Assembly (NCBI GenBank): GCA_038256975.1 | Contig: JBBSJU010000001.1 | Coordinates: 1 to 57,086, forward strand | DNA: 57,086 nucleotides | Origin: Minisyncoccia bacterium | GTDB lineage: Bacteria > Patescibacteriota > Minisyncoccia > Phycocordibacterales > UBA5272 | Reading direction: 5' to 3' | Shown here: one piece after another, positions 7,919 through 18,805 of the stretch | How positions within the stretch are numbered: position 1 is the stretch's first letter | Layout: every line of letters starts with the position of its first letter | Position numbers and translations under genes: made by a program | The notes under the pieces: model-generated | Seen by the model: only the letters and a program-made list of their open reading frames with translations | Database searches by the model: none | Told to the model about the DNA's origin: nothing

Positions 7919-9369
7919 GTGAAACGGGTTGCATTCGTTGGCCTCATAGGGCTTTGTCTTGGTATCACATGTGCCGAGTGGCAAAACATTTCGGACGCAT
8001 TTGTATATATATTTCTTGCAATTTTTTGCGGTCTCGCCCTAGTATATTTTTTTGATCCAAAAGTACGAACACCTTTTTTCTACACAACCCTTCTCTTTTT
8101 TGGTTTCAGCATTATTGGATTACTTCGTGTGCAGTATGCGTATGAAACTATTCCTCATGCATTACCAGATGAGCGAATACAAGGGACGCAGACACTTGTG
8201 GTTAAAGTTGTGTCAGCCTTAGACGTACGTGAAAATTCACTTCGATTTATTGTTGAACCTATAGATGAGAGTGGAAGTAAGAGAGAACGTATTCCGAACA
8301 TACGGATAACAACAGATAGGTTTTCGAGCGTTTCATACGGTGACGTTATTGTAGTTGAGGGAAAAATAAATAGTATTGTGTCGAACAATGAAACATACGC
8401 ACGAGTAGGTGAGACGCTTGTGCGAAAGGGTGTGTTGTATGAGATGGAGTCTCCACAGATCAGTATTCTTAGAAACACTGGTGGGAATTTGTTAAAACGA
8501 TACACGATTAGACTTCACGATTTGATACAGGAAACAATCACTCGGTATATTGGAGAACCAAGCGCTGGCTTTATCAATGGAATTTTAATTGGTGAAAAAC
8601 ATGGACTCTCGAAAGAGTGGTACGGCGCATTTACGGCAATTGGACTGACGCATATCATTGTGCTTTCCGGGTACAATCTCGCAGTCCTTTTTGCGTGGAC
8701 ACGAACTCTTTTGCGGCGGACTTCATTTGTTTTGCAAAATACTTTTGGAGCACTGAGTGTGATCACTCTCGTGCTTGTTTCGGGTGCAGAAGCACCTGCA
8801 ATCCGCGCAGGGATACTTGTGCTCATCGTCGCTCTTTCCTCCGTTCTTTTACGGCAAAAAGATACAGCATATTTTTTGTCGGGCACTGTTTTTATCATGC
8901 TTCTTTACAATCCATTCTACCTTTTATACGATGTTTCATTTCAACTTAGTGTGGCCGCAACGTATGGACTGGTGTATGTTGCGCCTATCATCGAAACCTA
9001 TCTTGTTCATTTCCCGAAACTTTTAAGTGAGCTTGTTCGCGACACTACATCAGCTCAACTTGCAGTTTTGCCACTGCAACTTTTTATTTTGGAAGTGTTT
9101 CCTCGATTTCTTTATTTGCAAATGTAGTTGTTTTACCGTTTATCCCGCTCCTTATGTTGTTGGGAACGGTCGTGTTGGCAACCTCCATCATTCCAAGTGT
9201 GGCAATTGTTGTGGGGGCAGGTACCAATATTATTTCAGACTTCGTACTACTTCTGGTTAAAAAGATGAGCCTTGTTGCAACCCCGATTCATTTTTCCATA
9301 GGTATATTAGGATTAAGTACAGCATATATTTTCTTGATACTATGGATTCAGAAATATAGAAAAATATGA
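7919..9369 (+). pseudogene. comEC: ComEC competence channel (DUF4131 + Competence domain), frameshifted at about 9081-9085
   Basis: GLTHIIVLSGYN, PAIRAG, SFQLS. Adding one T to the T5 run restores LQLFYFGSVSSISLFANVVVLPF and joins ORF 9154..9369. May be an assembly indel. Confidence 0.8.
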
Positions 9370-10241
9370 AAAAGATATTTGTACCAATTGCATGTATCGT
9401 TTTTGCGATAAGTTCTGTGTATGTGGTACGCGAAGCGTCTGTTCCTGAGAAGCTTCAAATATCTTTTCTTGATGTAGGGCAGGGAGATGCAATTTTTATA
9501 CAAAGTCCAAGTGGTATTCAGGTACTTATTGACGGGGGTAAGGATGCATCTGTTTTGGAAGAACTTCATAAGGTGATGCCATTTTTTGATAGATCAATTG
9601 ATGTTGTTGTTGCCACTCATCCAGACGCAGATCATATAGGTGGGCTTATTGATGTTGTAAAAAAGTTTCGTGTAGGAGTATTTCTTGAGTCTGGTGCGCA
9701 GAACGAAAACGGAGTTCAAGACGCGCTTGAGCGTACTCTGGTTCAAAAAAATATTCAGAGGAAAATTACAAAACGTGGAGATGTGTACAACCTCGGGGCA
9801 GGTGTTTTACTTAGTGTTTTATATCCGCACAAAGATGTATCGAAGGAAGAATCAAATGCGGGATCGCTTATCGTGAAGCTCTCATATGGCGAAGACTCTT
9901 TCTTGTTAACAGGAGATGCTCCTGTTTCATCAGAACTTATTCTCGTGGGAACTGATGATACACGCCTTCAATCGTCCGTTCTTAAATTTGGTCATCATGG
10001 GTCAGATACATCAACAAGTATTCCTTTTTTAGAAAATGTTCGTCCTATGTATGGAATTGTAAGTGCGGGGAAAAATAATCAATATGGTCACCCACACACG
10101 GATGTGCTTGAACGGGCAGAACGCTTCAATATCAAAATACTTTCAACTGCAGAACTTGGAACTATAACATTTTCCACAAACGGAAAAGGGATAAAGGTTT
10201 TAGGCCTTTCGGAGGATTTTCAAGTAAAGAGACCTGAATAG
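9366..10241 (+). CDS. ComEC/Rec2-type MBL-fold metallo-hydrolase
   Basis: FLDVGQGDA, LIDGG, THPDADHIGG, LLTGD, GHHGS, NQYGHPH. Confidence 0.92.
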   Translation: MKKIFVPIACIVFAISSVYVVREASVPEKLQISFLDVGQGDAIFIQSPSGIQVLIDGGKDASVLEELHKVMPFFDRSIDVVVATHPDADHIGGLIDVVKKFRVGVFLESGAQNENGVQDALERTLVQKNIQRKITKRGDVYNLGAGVLLSVLYPHKDVSKEESNAGSLIVKLSYGEDSFLLTGDAPVSSELILVGTDDTRLQSSVLKFGHHGSDTSTSIPFLENVRPMYGIVSAGKNNQYGHPHTDVLERAERFNIKILSTAELGTITFSTNGKGIKVLGLSEDFQVKRPE

Positions 10242-10893
10242 ATTTTAATACAAGGTTCAGGGATATGTCGCTTTTATCAAGCTCAAGAGAGAGAGAGGCG
10301 TACAAAGAGTCGATTCCTTGAAGAATTCGCTTTGAATTTTTTTCAGCATCAAGAACACGTTTTTGTACTGCTTTTAAATCTTGATCAAAAACATCCTGAC
10401 TGTAGTCGGACTTTTTGCACGAAACAAGTGCTTTATCATAAAGTTGAATAACCCCAGCTTCATATTGCTGGACGACATTCTTGATAGCCTTTGTTTTTTC
10501 ATCTAGTGTTTTGTCTACTCCAGAAGAGAATACCTCAAGCGAACTCTCAGTATTTTTTGAGTACAGAGTAAGATTTTCAGAAATTGTTTTTATTGTGTTT
10601 TGTATTGTTTCTGATTGATCAGGAAGTGCTTGCAGATCATTAAGAATAATTTCGAGTTCAAGTACTCGAGCAGCTGTTTTCTCTCGAATATGTGCAACTT
10701 TCTCAGCTTGTTTTTCCTTGACTGCTTTTAATGAAATGGCATCTTGTTCAAAAATTTTCACCTTTGCGGTCTCTAAACGTTTCAGTTGATTTTCTTTCCC
10801 CTTTTCTAAATCCAGACACGTTTCTGCAAACACGCTTTGTATACTAAAAACAAAAATAAGGGCGAGTGTAAAAATTTTTAGCATTGTTTTCAT
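10162..10893 (-). CDS. Secreted coiled-coil hypothetical protein
   Basis: Signal peptide MKTMLKIFTLALIFVFSIQSVFA followed by a long helical region; third gene of the ECF operon. Confidence 0.7.
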   Translation of the reverse strand: MKTMLKIFTLALIFVFSIQSVFAETCLDLEKGKENQLKRLETAKVKIFEQDAISLKAVKEKQAEKVAHIREKTAARVLELEIILNDLQALPDQSETIQNTIKTISENLTLYSKNTESSLEVFSSGVDKTLDEKTKAIKNVVQQYEAGVIQLYDKALVSCKKSDYSQDVFDQDLKAVQKRVLDAEKNSKRILQGIDSLYASLSLELDKSDISLNLVLKSIQVSLLENPPKGLKPLSLFRLWKML

Positions 10894-10897
10894 ATTG

Positions 10898-11359
10898 TTA
10901 TTCAAATAAATCTTGCAATGAAGTTTCCACATTTAGTGACTCAGTGAAAGATTCATCAGCTTGTGTTCTGGAAGTTGCTTTAGATTGGGCATCTATTTTT
11001 GCAAGAAGCCGTCTCTCCTCTGCTTCTGGTGCTACATCAGAAGAAACCGAAAATGAACGTACTTCAGGAGCATTTGACGTCGTTTTGAGTGCAACCGTTC
11101 CTGTTGGAAGGTGGTTATTTTGAGATGTAAGAATCATAACAAGTGCGAGGGCAGATGCAAAAACACTTCCAAAAATTGGTAAATAGTATCTTGATTTTAC
11201 TGATCGAGGTGAAGAAGAGGGTGTTGCGATTACAGGGGCTTGTTTTGTGTACCAAGCATGAGTATTTGTATAAGAAGGATTAATAGAACGAAACGCCGAA
11301 GTAACCGCAACGATAAGCGCACTGTCTCTTGTTTGTGGTTCTTGGTGGTTATATTTCAT
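10898..11359 (-). CDS. Single-TM hypothetical protein, possible anti-sigma factor
   Basis: Overlaps the ECF sigma stop; central TM YLPIFGSVFASALALVMIL. Confidence 0.65.
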   Translation of the reverse strand: MKYNHQEPQTRDSALIVAVTSAFRSINPSYTNTHAWYTKQAPVIATPSSSPRSVKSRYYLPIFGSVFASALALVMILTSQNNHLPTGTVALKTTSNAPEVRSFSVSSDVAPEAEERRLLAKIDAQSKATSRTQADESFTESLNVETSLQDLFE

Positions 11360-11924
11360 AGTCTATACCTTTGTTTTTTAAGCTCAGCCGTAACTTTTCA
11401 AGAGCTCTTGAAAAGGCTTTTCGAACAGAAACATCTGATTTTTCAAGCATTTCTGCAATTTCTGCATGGGAAAGATTTTCTAAGAGTCGGAAAGTTAGAA
11501 GATCTTTTTCCTCTTCCTCAAGTTCTTCTATGCTTTCAAGAATAGATACATAAAGTAACTGGTTTTCTACAGTTTTTTGCGTATTTTCTTCAGAAATGAA
11601 TGTTCCCCAGAGCTCATCAGGCATTGTTTCCGCTTGTTTTTTGCGTTTTTCATCGATGAGAGTGTTTCGTGCAACAGTAAAGAGATACTGAAGGGGGGAA
11701 GTTGCAGTCTCTTCAATTCTTTGAATATTTTGAAAAACTTTTGAAAATGTTATCTGAGCGCAATCCTCTGCTGTCTCCTTATGTTTAAGTCGAATGAGCA
11801 AATATCGATATACAGGAGTATAGAGTTCGTTAAAAAACTCATTGAATGCAATGGTTTCTCCAGATTTTGCTCGAGAAAGCAATTCCCAGAGATATTCGTT
11901 ACGTTGTATATTATCTCCCGTCAC
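11349..11924 (-). CDS. ECF RNA polymerase sigma factor
   Basis: LYTPVYRYL..AEDCAQITF..YLFTVARNTLID; region 4 LSHAEIAEML..SVRKAFSRALEKLR. Confidence 0.92.
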   Translation of the reverse strand: MTGDNIQRNEYLWELLSRAKSGETIAFNEFFNELYTPVYRYLLIRLKHKETAEDCAQITFSKVFQNIQRIEETATSPLQYLFTVARNTLIDEKRKKQAETMPDELWGTFISEENTQKTVENQLLYVSILESIEELEEEEKDLLTFRLLENLSHAEIAEMLEKSDVSVRKAFSRALEKLRLSLKNKGIDYEI

Positions 11925-11964
11925 AGATTATAACGAGAAGTATACCGTGATGTGACAAAAATGC

Positions 11965-12168
11965 CTATGCCGCAAGTGCTAGATGTTTTTTCGCCTTTAT
12001 ACAGCGTGTGCAGATTTTGATTCGAGACGCACCAGGGACTTGAGCCCATTGGAGGTTTGGGTAGCGGCGTTTTGCGCCAGTAGGAGTAAACTTAGTAGCA
12101 CGCACGCGATTTGAGTATCCGCCCGCTACTTGGGTGCCTTTTTCACAAAGAATACATTTACTTGCCAT
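11965..12168 (-). CDS. rpmB: 50S ribosomal protein L28 (Zn-type)
   Basis: MASKCILCEKG...KRRYPNLQ...KICTRCIK. Confidence 0.9.
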   Translation of the reverse strand: MASKCILCEKGTQVAGGYSNRVRATKFTPTGAKRRYPNLQWAQVPGASRIKICTRCIKAKKHLALAA

Positions 12169-12186
12169 AGGTTTTTTGATTTCACA

Positions 12187-12215
12187 ATGGTATCATAGAG
12201 TTTGACCAATTGCAA
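12187..12215 (-). promoter_or_regulatory. rpmB promoter
   Basis: Minus strand TTGCAA-17 nt-TACCAT with an extended -10 TG. Confidence 0.55.
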
Positions 12216-12247
12216 GAATAATAGTGCAAAACACCTAATTTTGTTTC

Positions 12248-12859
12248 ATGGAACCTATTCAAATTCTAACTCTACTCATTTTGATACTTTCTATTGTTGC
12301 CCATGAAGTTTCTCATGGGTATGCAGCTCTCCTTTGTGGCGATCCAACTGCAAAAATTGCAGGTCGTTTGACTCCAAACCCCTTAAAACATCTCGATTTT
12401 ATTGGCTCTTTTGTTGTTCCTGTTATATTTTTCTTGACTTCTGGAGGCATTGCGGGCTGGGCAAAGCCTGTTCCGTATAATCCCTATATGCTACAAGGGC
12501 GTTTTGCGGAGCTCTTTGTAGCATCAGCGGGTATTCTGATGAATTTACTTATCGCGATCTCCTTTGCTGGTATTTTACAGTTTTTACCATATGAAATTAT
12601 CTCAGGAGGCTATTATGAAGTATTTTTAACCATTATCTACATAAATATAGGTCTTGCTGTGTTTAATCTCCTTCCTTTTCCACCTTTTGACGGATTACGA
12701 ATCATAACAAGTTTTGCCCAAGGATTTGGAGTTTCACGAAACAAATTTGCTATTTTTGACAACCCAATGTGGATCTTTTTTTCACTCATCATTGCTTTTA
12801 ATATTTGGCCAGTTATTTCTCCTTTAGTACACACTGTCTTCAATTTTCTGACTACTTAA
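12248..12859 (+). CDS. Site-2 protease (M50 family)
   Basis: HEVSH, GRLTPNPLKHLD, GWAKPVP, FNLLPFPPFDG. Confidence 0.93.
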   Translation: MEPIQILTLLILILSIVAHEVSHGYAALLCGDPTAKIAGRLTPNPLKHLDFIGSFVVPVIFFLTSGGIAGWAKPVPYNPYMLQGRFAELFVASAGILMNLLIAISFAGILQFLPYEIISGGYYEVFLTIIYINIGLAVFNLLPFPPFDGLRIITSFAQGFGVSRNKFAIFDNPMWIFFSLIIAFNIWPVISPLVHTVFNFLTT

Positions 12860-13029
12860 AAATGGTGTTTGGACTTATCCACATATAATAAAAGACATTT
12901 TAGTTGTCTTTTATTATAGCCTTATATATAATGATGAGATGGTTAACCTTTGGCCTTATAAGACATTGCACTTTTTGCTATCGATTTCTTTCTCACAAAG
13001 GTTTTTAAAACTCTACCAAGTGCTTTAAT

Positions 13030-16000
13030 ATGCGGTATTTATTTTCTGTCTTTTTTTTACTCGTAATACTTACCTCATCAGTTGGGGCACTTGTAAATGA
13101 CAGGATGTCTCTTCTTGATAGTGTCGCCTTTCGATTTTATTGTCGAATGGGAATAGTTTTTAGTCAGGATATAGAAAGATGCGCTCTCAATGAAACAGAA
13201 AAGTTAAATTTCAATCTTATTGGAGGTCGGACACTGGCATCACCTGGTGTTTCGCAATCTGTTCCTCCAATTCAAGTAATTCAACAGGTAGTCCAAAGAG
13301 TCATTGAAAAACCTGTTGAAACAGTTAGTTATATTCAAGGTCCTGCTGGTCCGCAAGGCGAACAAGGGGCCACAGGCCTTTCTGGTGTTTCAGGCAAAGA
13401 TGCTACTTTTAGCGCAGCTACTCTACCCTTTTGGGTTGGACTTGGGTCAACTGGTGGTGGAAGTGTGGGGGCTACTGGACCTGCTGGACCTGCAGGTGCC
13501 GACGGAACAACAACGACTATTTACGTGGTTGCAAGTTCGACAGAAAACATTTCTGCTACGGGGACAATAACAACACTGAATCTGCTTGCAACAAATGCAA
13601 CGACAACAAATTTATATTCAAGTAACGCAAATTTTGACAATCTAATTTTTGGTAATGCAACAGGGACTAATCTCTCCCTCTTTAATAATTTTAATGTAAC
13701 TGGGATTACTACATTAAGCACAACTACTTTTTCAGCACTTCCAACTTTACCACTGAGTTTTGGAAGCTTGCTTATTGGAAACGTTTCAAATTTCGCATCG
13801 CCCTATGCTGCTGGCGCAACAGGTACGGTTTTATCCGTTCTGAATGGAACACCAACGTGGGTCGCCACTTCTTCTTTAGGTCTTACTTCAACAATTACAA
13901 ACCTCGCCTCAACCTCAGGTAATATCATCACCACTACCGTAAACAGTATCACTGCTACCACAACAGTTATCACTTCGAATGTTCTCACATCACTTGCTAA
14001 CACCTTAACTGCAACCGTAAATGGTATTGCTTCTGTTGCCGCGTCGATTGTCAATACTTTCACTCAAAGCCTCTCAGGGAATGTGCTCACCACAACTATT
14101 AATGGTGTAGTGGCAACCAGTAGTGTGATTGGGAACAACACATTTTCTTTCGCGACTTCAACAGGGATACTCACGAGCGATGTAAATGGAGTGGTGGGAA
14201 CAACAACACTTTCTCTAGCAGATCTTCCAGGACTTATAAATCTTACATCGCAAGTAAGTGGAGTTCTTGCCGCTGTGAATGGAGGAACGGGAACATCCAC
14301 AGCTCCGACACTTGGACAACTTCTTATTGGTGATGGATTAGGTGGATACAATCTTGTAGCAACTTCTTCGCTTGGAATATCAAGTTTGCCTGCCGGTTCA
14401 AATACACAGTTGCAGTTTAATAACGGCGGAGCTTTCGGAGCAACATCAACATTGGTCTGGGACAACTCTGCCAATGGACGATTAGGTATTGGAACAACAA
14501 GTCCAAGCGGTAGGCTGCACGTTGTTGGACCGGCGTACTTTGGGACCAATGCTGACCCAACAGGAATACTTAATTTCCCATCGGGTAACGTTTCATACTT
14601 ACCGTTCATTAAACAAAGAACTTCATACGGCGGACTTGGATTTGAGATAGGTTCTGAGGGGTCTGAATTCGGAGAGTTTAATTTTGATATTGGAAATGGC
14701 ATTTTGGGTATTTCGAAAGGACGTCTCACATTTGGATCTAATGACACCAGTCTCTCTCGAATTTCTGCCGGAGTAATTGGAATTGGAACAGGCGCAGCTG
14801 GAAGTTTTGCAGGGACTTTGCTAGTTGGTAGTATCGGCATCGGCACCACTACACCGGTGGCTACGCTTGGAATTGCAGGAAATCTCTTCGCCTCATCAAC
14901 CGCCACTTCAACATTCCAAGGCAATGGCATCAATTTAACGAGTGGTGGATGTTTTGCGATTGCAGGAGTTTGTGTGGGTGGAGGCGGAGGTACTCCTGCT
15001 GGTTCGGATACACAGCTACAGTTTAATAACGGAGGAGTTTTTGGAGCAACATCAACATTGGTGTGGGACAACTCTGCCAATGGACGACTGGGTATTGGTA
15101 CTACAAGTCCAATGTCGGTATTAGCAATCTCAACACGACAACCTGCAATCACATTACGAAATTCGTTCAATGGACAAACATATCAGATTAGAAATGGAGT
15201 AAGTAGTGATCTTGGTGATAACACATTTAAAATATTTAATCTTACTAACAGCACTACACCTCTGATGATTCAGACCGACGGCAACATGGCCATTGGGTCA
15301 AGTAGTATTCCGAATAATAATAGTCGTTTGTTTGTGTATGGTGGTGGCAATGGCGCAAATGTTGATGTTCGTGGTGACCCAGGAGTGAGCGATCAAGCGG
15401 TAATCGAGCTCGAAGGTTCTGACTATGATACAACTCCTAACTCTGTTCGGCTTCAGTATTATGGCCCAAATGGTTTGGGTACCACAGCAGGCTTTAACAA
15501 CCAAAGACTCGGGATGCTTGCCTTCCAGGGCGCAGATAATTCTATTATTGGAACAATAGATGCTAAGCCGCTTATTTTCTTTACTGATTTTTCAGAAAAA
15601 ATGCGCTTGACTGAGACAGGAAGATTGGGTATTGGAACAACAACCCCATCCGCCACTCTTGGTATTGCAGGAAACATTTTTGCTTCATCGACAGCTACCT
15701 CAACATTCCAAGGTAATGGTATTAATTTGAGTAATGGTGGATGTTTTGCCATTGCAGGAGTTTGTGTGGGAGGTGGTGGTGTTGCGGGCTCTGATACGCA
15801 GGTGCAATTTAACGATGGGGGCGCTTTCGGAGGTGACTCCGGATTTACATATAATAAGACCACAGACAGATTAACTGTAACTGGCGGAGTCTTAACAACA
15901 GGTAGTGTCGGTATCGGCACAACAACTCCAATGGCGTCCCTTCACATCCAAGGTGTGGGTGCGACTAGTTCGTTACTCATCTCATCGTCTACTGGCTCAA

Positions 16001-17370
16001 CATTATTATCCTTGAATTCGGCTGGACAACTTTCTTTTCATAATAATGCTCTTGGAAAAATAGACTTTGGTAGCTCTTATGGTTACATTTCTTTACCTGC
16101 GGGCAATCAGGTGAGTTTCAGATCTACAGACGGCGTAAATTCGGGGATTATTATAGGTAATACTCAAGGTGGACCAACCTCAATCGGTGGTGGTGTTGCG
16201 ATTTTTGGACCGCTACACAGTAGTTATTTATCAGACCTTACCATTTCTAGTGGTGGAACATACACGAATAGTCAGACCGCGGGAAATTTGTACTTACGGG
16301 GAGGAGAAAATTATGCAGGTGGAACAAATTCTAATGCTGGTAGCGTATTTGTGTTTGGTGGTCTCGGTTCTGGAACAGGTACAACAGGAAATGTCATACT
16401 TGCACATACAGGGACTGTTACCCAAGGTAATGTTGGTATCGGAACAACAAGTCCGGCCGTAAAACTCCAGGTTTTTGGTGATGTCCGTGTTGGCGATAGT
16501 GGTACCAATGGTTGTGTGCAACGTTTCGATGGCGCAGCACTGGCCGGTACGTGTACATCCGACCAGAATCTAAAAAAAGATATTACCTATTTAGATAATG
16601 TGCTAGGGAAAGTAATTGCTCTTAAGGCGTCTACGTATTCATGGAATGAAGTGGCAGTAAATAAATACAAATATACAGCGAGCACATCTATTACTGGACT
16701 TATCGCACAGGATGTAGAAACCGTCTTTCCGCATCTTGTTTCACTAAACAGTGACGGGTATAAAGTTGTTGATAGTCAGCCACTTGTATACTACGCACTG
16801 GAAGCTATACGTGAACTTAATGCTAAGCTAGGAGATTTGAGTAGTGAGAATAGCGACAGCACACAGTTTAGCGCGTCACTTATTTGGAAAAAGATTGTGT
16901 TAACATTTGAATCTTTTGGAGTAAAAATATCGCAAGGATTAGTGACGTTTAAAGATGTTGTTGCAGAGAAGTTCTCAGCAAAGGAAGTGAAGACACAATT
17001 ACTTTGTGTTGGTAGTGCTTGTGTAACGGAGAGTGAATTTATTCGATTGCTCCAAAATAGTGGGGTTACTAGTGTGGGCGCACCATCTGTTTCAGTCCAG
17101 CCCCCTCTTGACAGTATGGTTACTCAAGAGACTCAGATTCTTGTAACGGAAGCAGCTACCACAGCAAGTACAACTGAGGCTGTGGTGACTGATCCTAGTA
17201 CTGAAGCCAGCGCTGAGCTTGTTGCTGTTGAAGAAACGAATCCTAATTCCAGTACCGAAATCAGTTCTGGGCCTGCTGTTGTAGAAGAAACAACTCCTCT
17301 TCCGGGTGAAGATATCGTAGGAGAAGATCCTATTTCTGCAACTGTACCGAGCGAGGAGATTATTAATTAG
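13030..17370 (+). CDS. Large secreted fibre-like protein with collagen-like repeats, GIGTTxP repeats and C-terminal peptidase S74-type chaperone domain
   Basis: Signal peptide; GPAGPQGEQG; repeated GRLGIGTTSP; SDQNLKKDI...GLIAQDVETVFPHLV. Confidence 0.85.
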   Translation: MRYLFSVFFLLVILTSSVGALVNDRMSLLDSVAFRFYCRMGIVFSQDIERCALNETEKLNFNLIGGRTLASPGVSQSVPPIQVIQQVVQRVIEKPVETVSYIQGPAGPQGEQGATGLSGVSGKDATFSAATLPFWVGLGSTGGGSVGATGPAGPAGADGTTTTIYVVASSTENISATGTITTLNLLATNATTTNLYSSNANFDNLIFGNATGTNLSLFNNFNVTGITTLSTTTFSALPTLPLSFGSLLIGNVSNFASPYAAGATGTVLSVLNGTPTWVATSSLGLTSTITNLASTSGNIITTTVNSITATTTVITSNVLTSLANTLTATVNGIASVAASIVNTFTQSLSGNVLTTTINGVVATSSVIGNNTFSFATSTGILTSDVNGVVGTTTLSLADLPGLINLTSQVSGVLAAVNGGTGTSTAPTLGQLLIGDGLGGYNLVATSSLGISSLPAGSNTQLQFNNGGAFGATSTLVWDNSANGRLGIGTTSPSGRLHVVGPAYFGTNADPTGILNFPSGNVSYLPFIKQRTSYGGLGFEIGSEGSEFGEFNFDIGNGILGISKGRLTFGSNDTSLSRISAGVIGIGTGAAGSFAGTLLVGSIGIGTTTPVATLGIAGNLFASSTATSTFQGNGINLTSGGCFAIAGVCVGGGGGTPAGSDTQLQFNNGGVFGATSTLVWDNSANGRLGIGTTSPMSVLAISTRQPAITLRNSFNGQTYQIRNGVSSDLGDNTFKIFNLTNSTTPLMIQTDGNMAIGSSSIPNNNSRLFVYGGGNGANVDVRGDPGVSDQAVIELEGSDYDTTPNSVRLQYYGPNGLGTTAGFNNQRLGMLAFQGADNSIIGTIDAKPLIFFTDFSEKMRLTETGRLGIGTTTPSATLGIAGNIFASSTATSTFQGNGINLSNGGCFAIAGVCVGGGGVAGSDTQVQFNDGGAFGGDSGFTYNKTTDRLTVTGGVLTTGSVGIGTTTPMASLHIQGVGATSSLLISSSTGSTLLSLNSAGQLSFHNNALGKIDFGSSYGYISLPAGNQVSFRSTDGVNSGIIIGNTQGGPTSIGGGVAIFGPLHSSYLSDLTISSGGTYTNSQTAGNLYLRGGENYAGGTNSNAGSVFVFGGLGSGTGTTGNVILAHTGTVTQGNVGIGTTSPAVKLQVFGDVRVGDSGTNGCVQRFDGAALAGTCTSDQNLKKDITYLDNVLGKVIALKASTYSWNEVAVNKYKYTASTSITGLIAQDVETVFPHLVSLNSDGYKVVDSQPLVYYALEAIRELNAKLGDLSSENSDSTQFSASLIWKKIVLTFESFGVKISQGLVTFKDVVAEKFSAKEVKTQLLCVGSACVTESEFIRLLQNSGVTSVGAPSVSVQPPLDSMVTQETQILVTEAATTASTTEAVVTDPSTEASAELVAVEETNPNSSTEISSGPAVVEETTPLPGEDIVGEDPISATVPSEEIIN

Positions 17371-17422
17371 AAGGGGCTTCAGGCTAAGGGGACATTTTTT
17401 AATACTATATTCTAATAATTTA

Positions 17423-17450
17423 TTGACTCCAGGTCTTTTTCCTGTATAAT
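17423..17450 (+). promoter_or_regulatory. tuf/S10 operon promoter
   Basis: TTGACT-16 nt-TATAAT. Confidence 0.7.
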
Positions 17451-17552
17451 TGTCGGCATCGCGTTATATGCGTGTTTTTGCGTCCGCATTCGAATAGATG
17501 AGTGCTGGCTTAGCTTAAAATTAATAGGTTTAATAAAAACAAATAGTACATT

Positions 17553-18743
17553 ATGGCAGAATTTAATCGATCAAAACCACACTTAAATGTGGGTACCATT
17601 GGTCACGTAGACCACGGAAAGACTACTCTTACCGCGGCTATCTTGAATGTTCTTGGACTTGCTGGTAATACAGTAAAGCTTCGAGGAATTGACGAAATTG
17701 ACAAGGCTCCTGAGGAAAAGGCGCGAGGTATTACTATTTCACTCTCACACAATGAGTATGAAACAGCATCTCGACACTATGCGCATATTGATGCTCCAGG
17801 TCACGCTGACTACATCAAAAACATGATCACCGGTGCCGCTCAAATGGACGGTGCTATCTTGGTGTGTGCTGCGACAGACGGACCAATGCCACAGACTCGA
17901 GAACACATCCTTCTTGCAAAGCAGGTAGGTGTTCCTCGAATGGTGGTGTTCTTGAACAAGTGTGACATGGTAGATGATGAAGAAATGATCATGTTGGTGG
18001 AAGAGGAAATCCGAGAACTCCTTACAAAACAAGGGTTTGACGGCGCAAACACTCCTATCATCCGAGGTTCAGGTCTCAAGGCTCTTGAAGCAAAAGATCT
18101 CAATGACCCATGGGCACAGAAAGTTTTGGAACTTATGAATGCAGTAGATACATGGATTGAAGTGCCAGAACGAGATACCACAAAGCCATTCCTTATGCCA
18201 GTAGAAGACATCTTCACTATTGAAGGTCGTGGAACTGTAGTAACAGGAAAAATTGAGCGAGGTATCGTAAAAGTTGGTGAAGAAATTGAAATCGTTGGTC
18301 TTAAGGACACAATGAAAACAACAGTTACAGGTATTGAAATGTTCAACAAAACTTTGAATGAAGGTATGGCAGGTGACAACGCCGGCATCCTTCTTCGAGG
18401 CGCTAAGAAAGAAGATATCACTCGTGGACAAGTTCTCGCGAAGCCAGGAAGTGTGAAGCCTCATACAGACTTCGAATGCGAAGTATATGTACTTAAAAAG
18501 GAAGAAGGTGGACGACATACACCATTCTTCAATGGTTACAAACCTCAGTTCTACGTTCGAACAACAGACGTAACAGGAGACGTAACACTCGCCGCTGGCA
18601 CAGAAATGGTTATGCCTGGTGACAATGTTAAATTTACTGTTAAGCTCGTTGCGCCTATCGCTCTCGAAGAGCAAGGACGTTTTGCGATCCGAGAAGGAGG
18701 TAAAACTGTAGGAGCCGGTGTGGTAACAAAAATTATCGCCTAA
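17553..18743 (+). CDS. tuf: Elongation factor Tu
   Basis: [46 protein letters not shown]. Confidence 0.99.
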   Translation: MAEFNRSKPHLNVGTIGHVDHGKTTLTAAILNVLGLAGNTVKLRGIDEIDKAPEEKARGITISLSHNEYETASRHYAHIDAPGHADYIKNMITGAAQMDGAILVCAATDGPMPQTREHILLAKQVGVPRMVVFLNKCDMVDDEEMIMLVEEEIRELLTKQGFDGANTPIIRGSGLKALEAKDLNDPWAQKVLELMNAVDTWIEVPERDTTKPFLMPVEDIFTIEGRGTVVTGKIERGIVKVGEEIEIVGLKDTMKTTVTGIEMFNKTLNEGMAGDNAGILLRGAKKEDITRGQVLAKPGSVKPHTDFECEVYVLKKEEGGRHTPFFNGYKPQFYVRTTDVTGDVTLAAGTEMVMPGDNVKFTVKLVAPIALEEQGRFAIREGGKTVGAGVVTKIIA

Positions 18744-18805
18744 AGCAAAACCGTATCTTGAAGAGGTTTCCTCTTTGAAACGGCGACTGCGTACCCCTTT
18801 GTACT

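Noticed and set aside
12875-12883. Isolated perfect DnaA boxes (12875; 35246) as alternative origins
   Set aside because: One or two boxes only, with no parS cluster or strand switch; possibly regulatory.
14064-15170. 368-aa antisense ORF, and similar antisense ORFs over tuf, rpsC, nusG and 36454..37074
   Set aside because: Shadow frames of well-supported sense genes.
14389-15780. DGR template/variable repeat pair
   Set aside because: Differences are synonymous and not adenine-specific, and there is no reverse transcriptase in the window.
13030-17370. Prophage suggested by tail-fibre/S74 domains
   Set aside because: Signal peptides are present and no capsid, terminase, portal or integrase genes are nearby.
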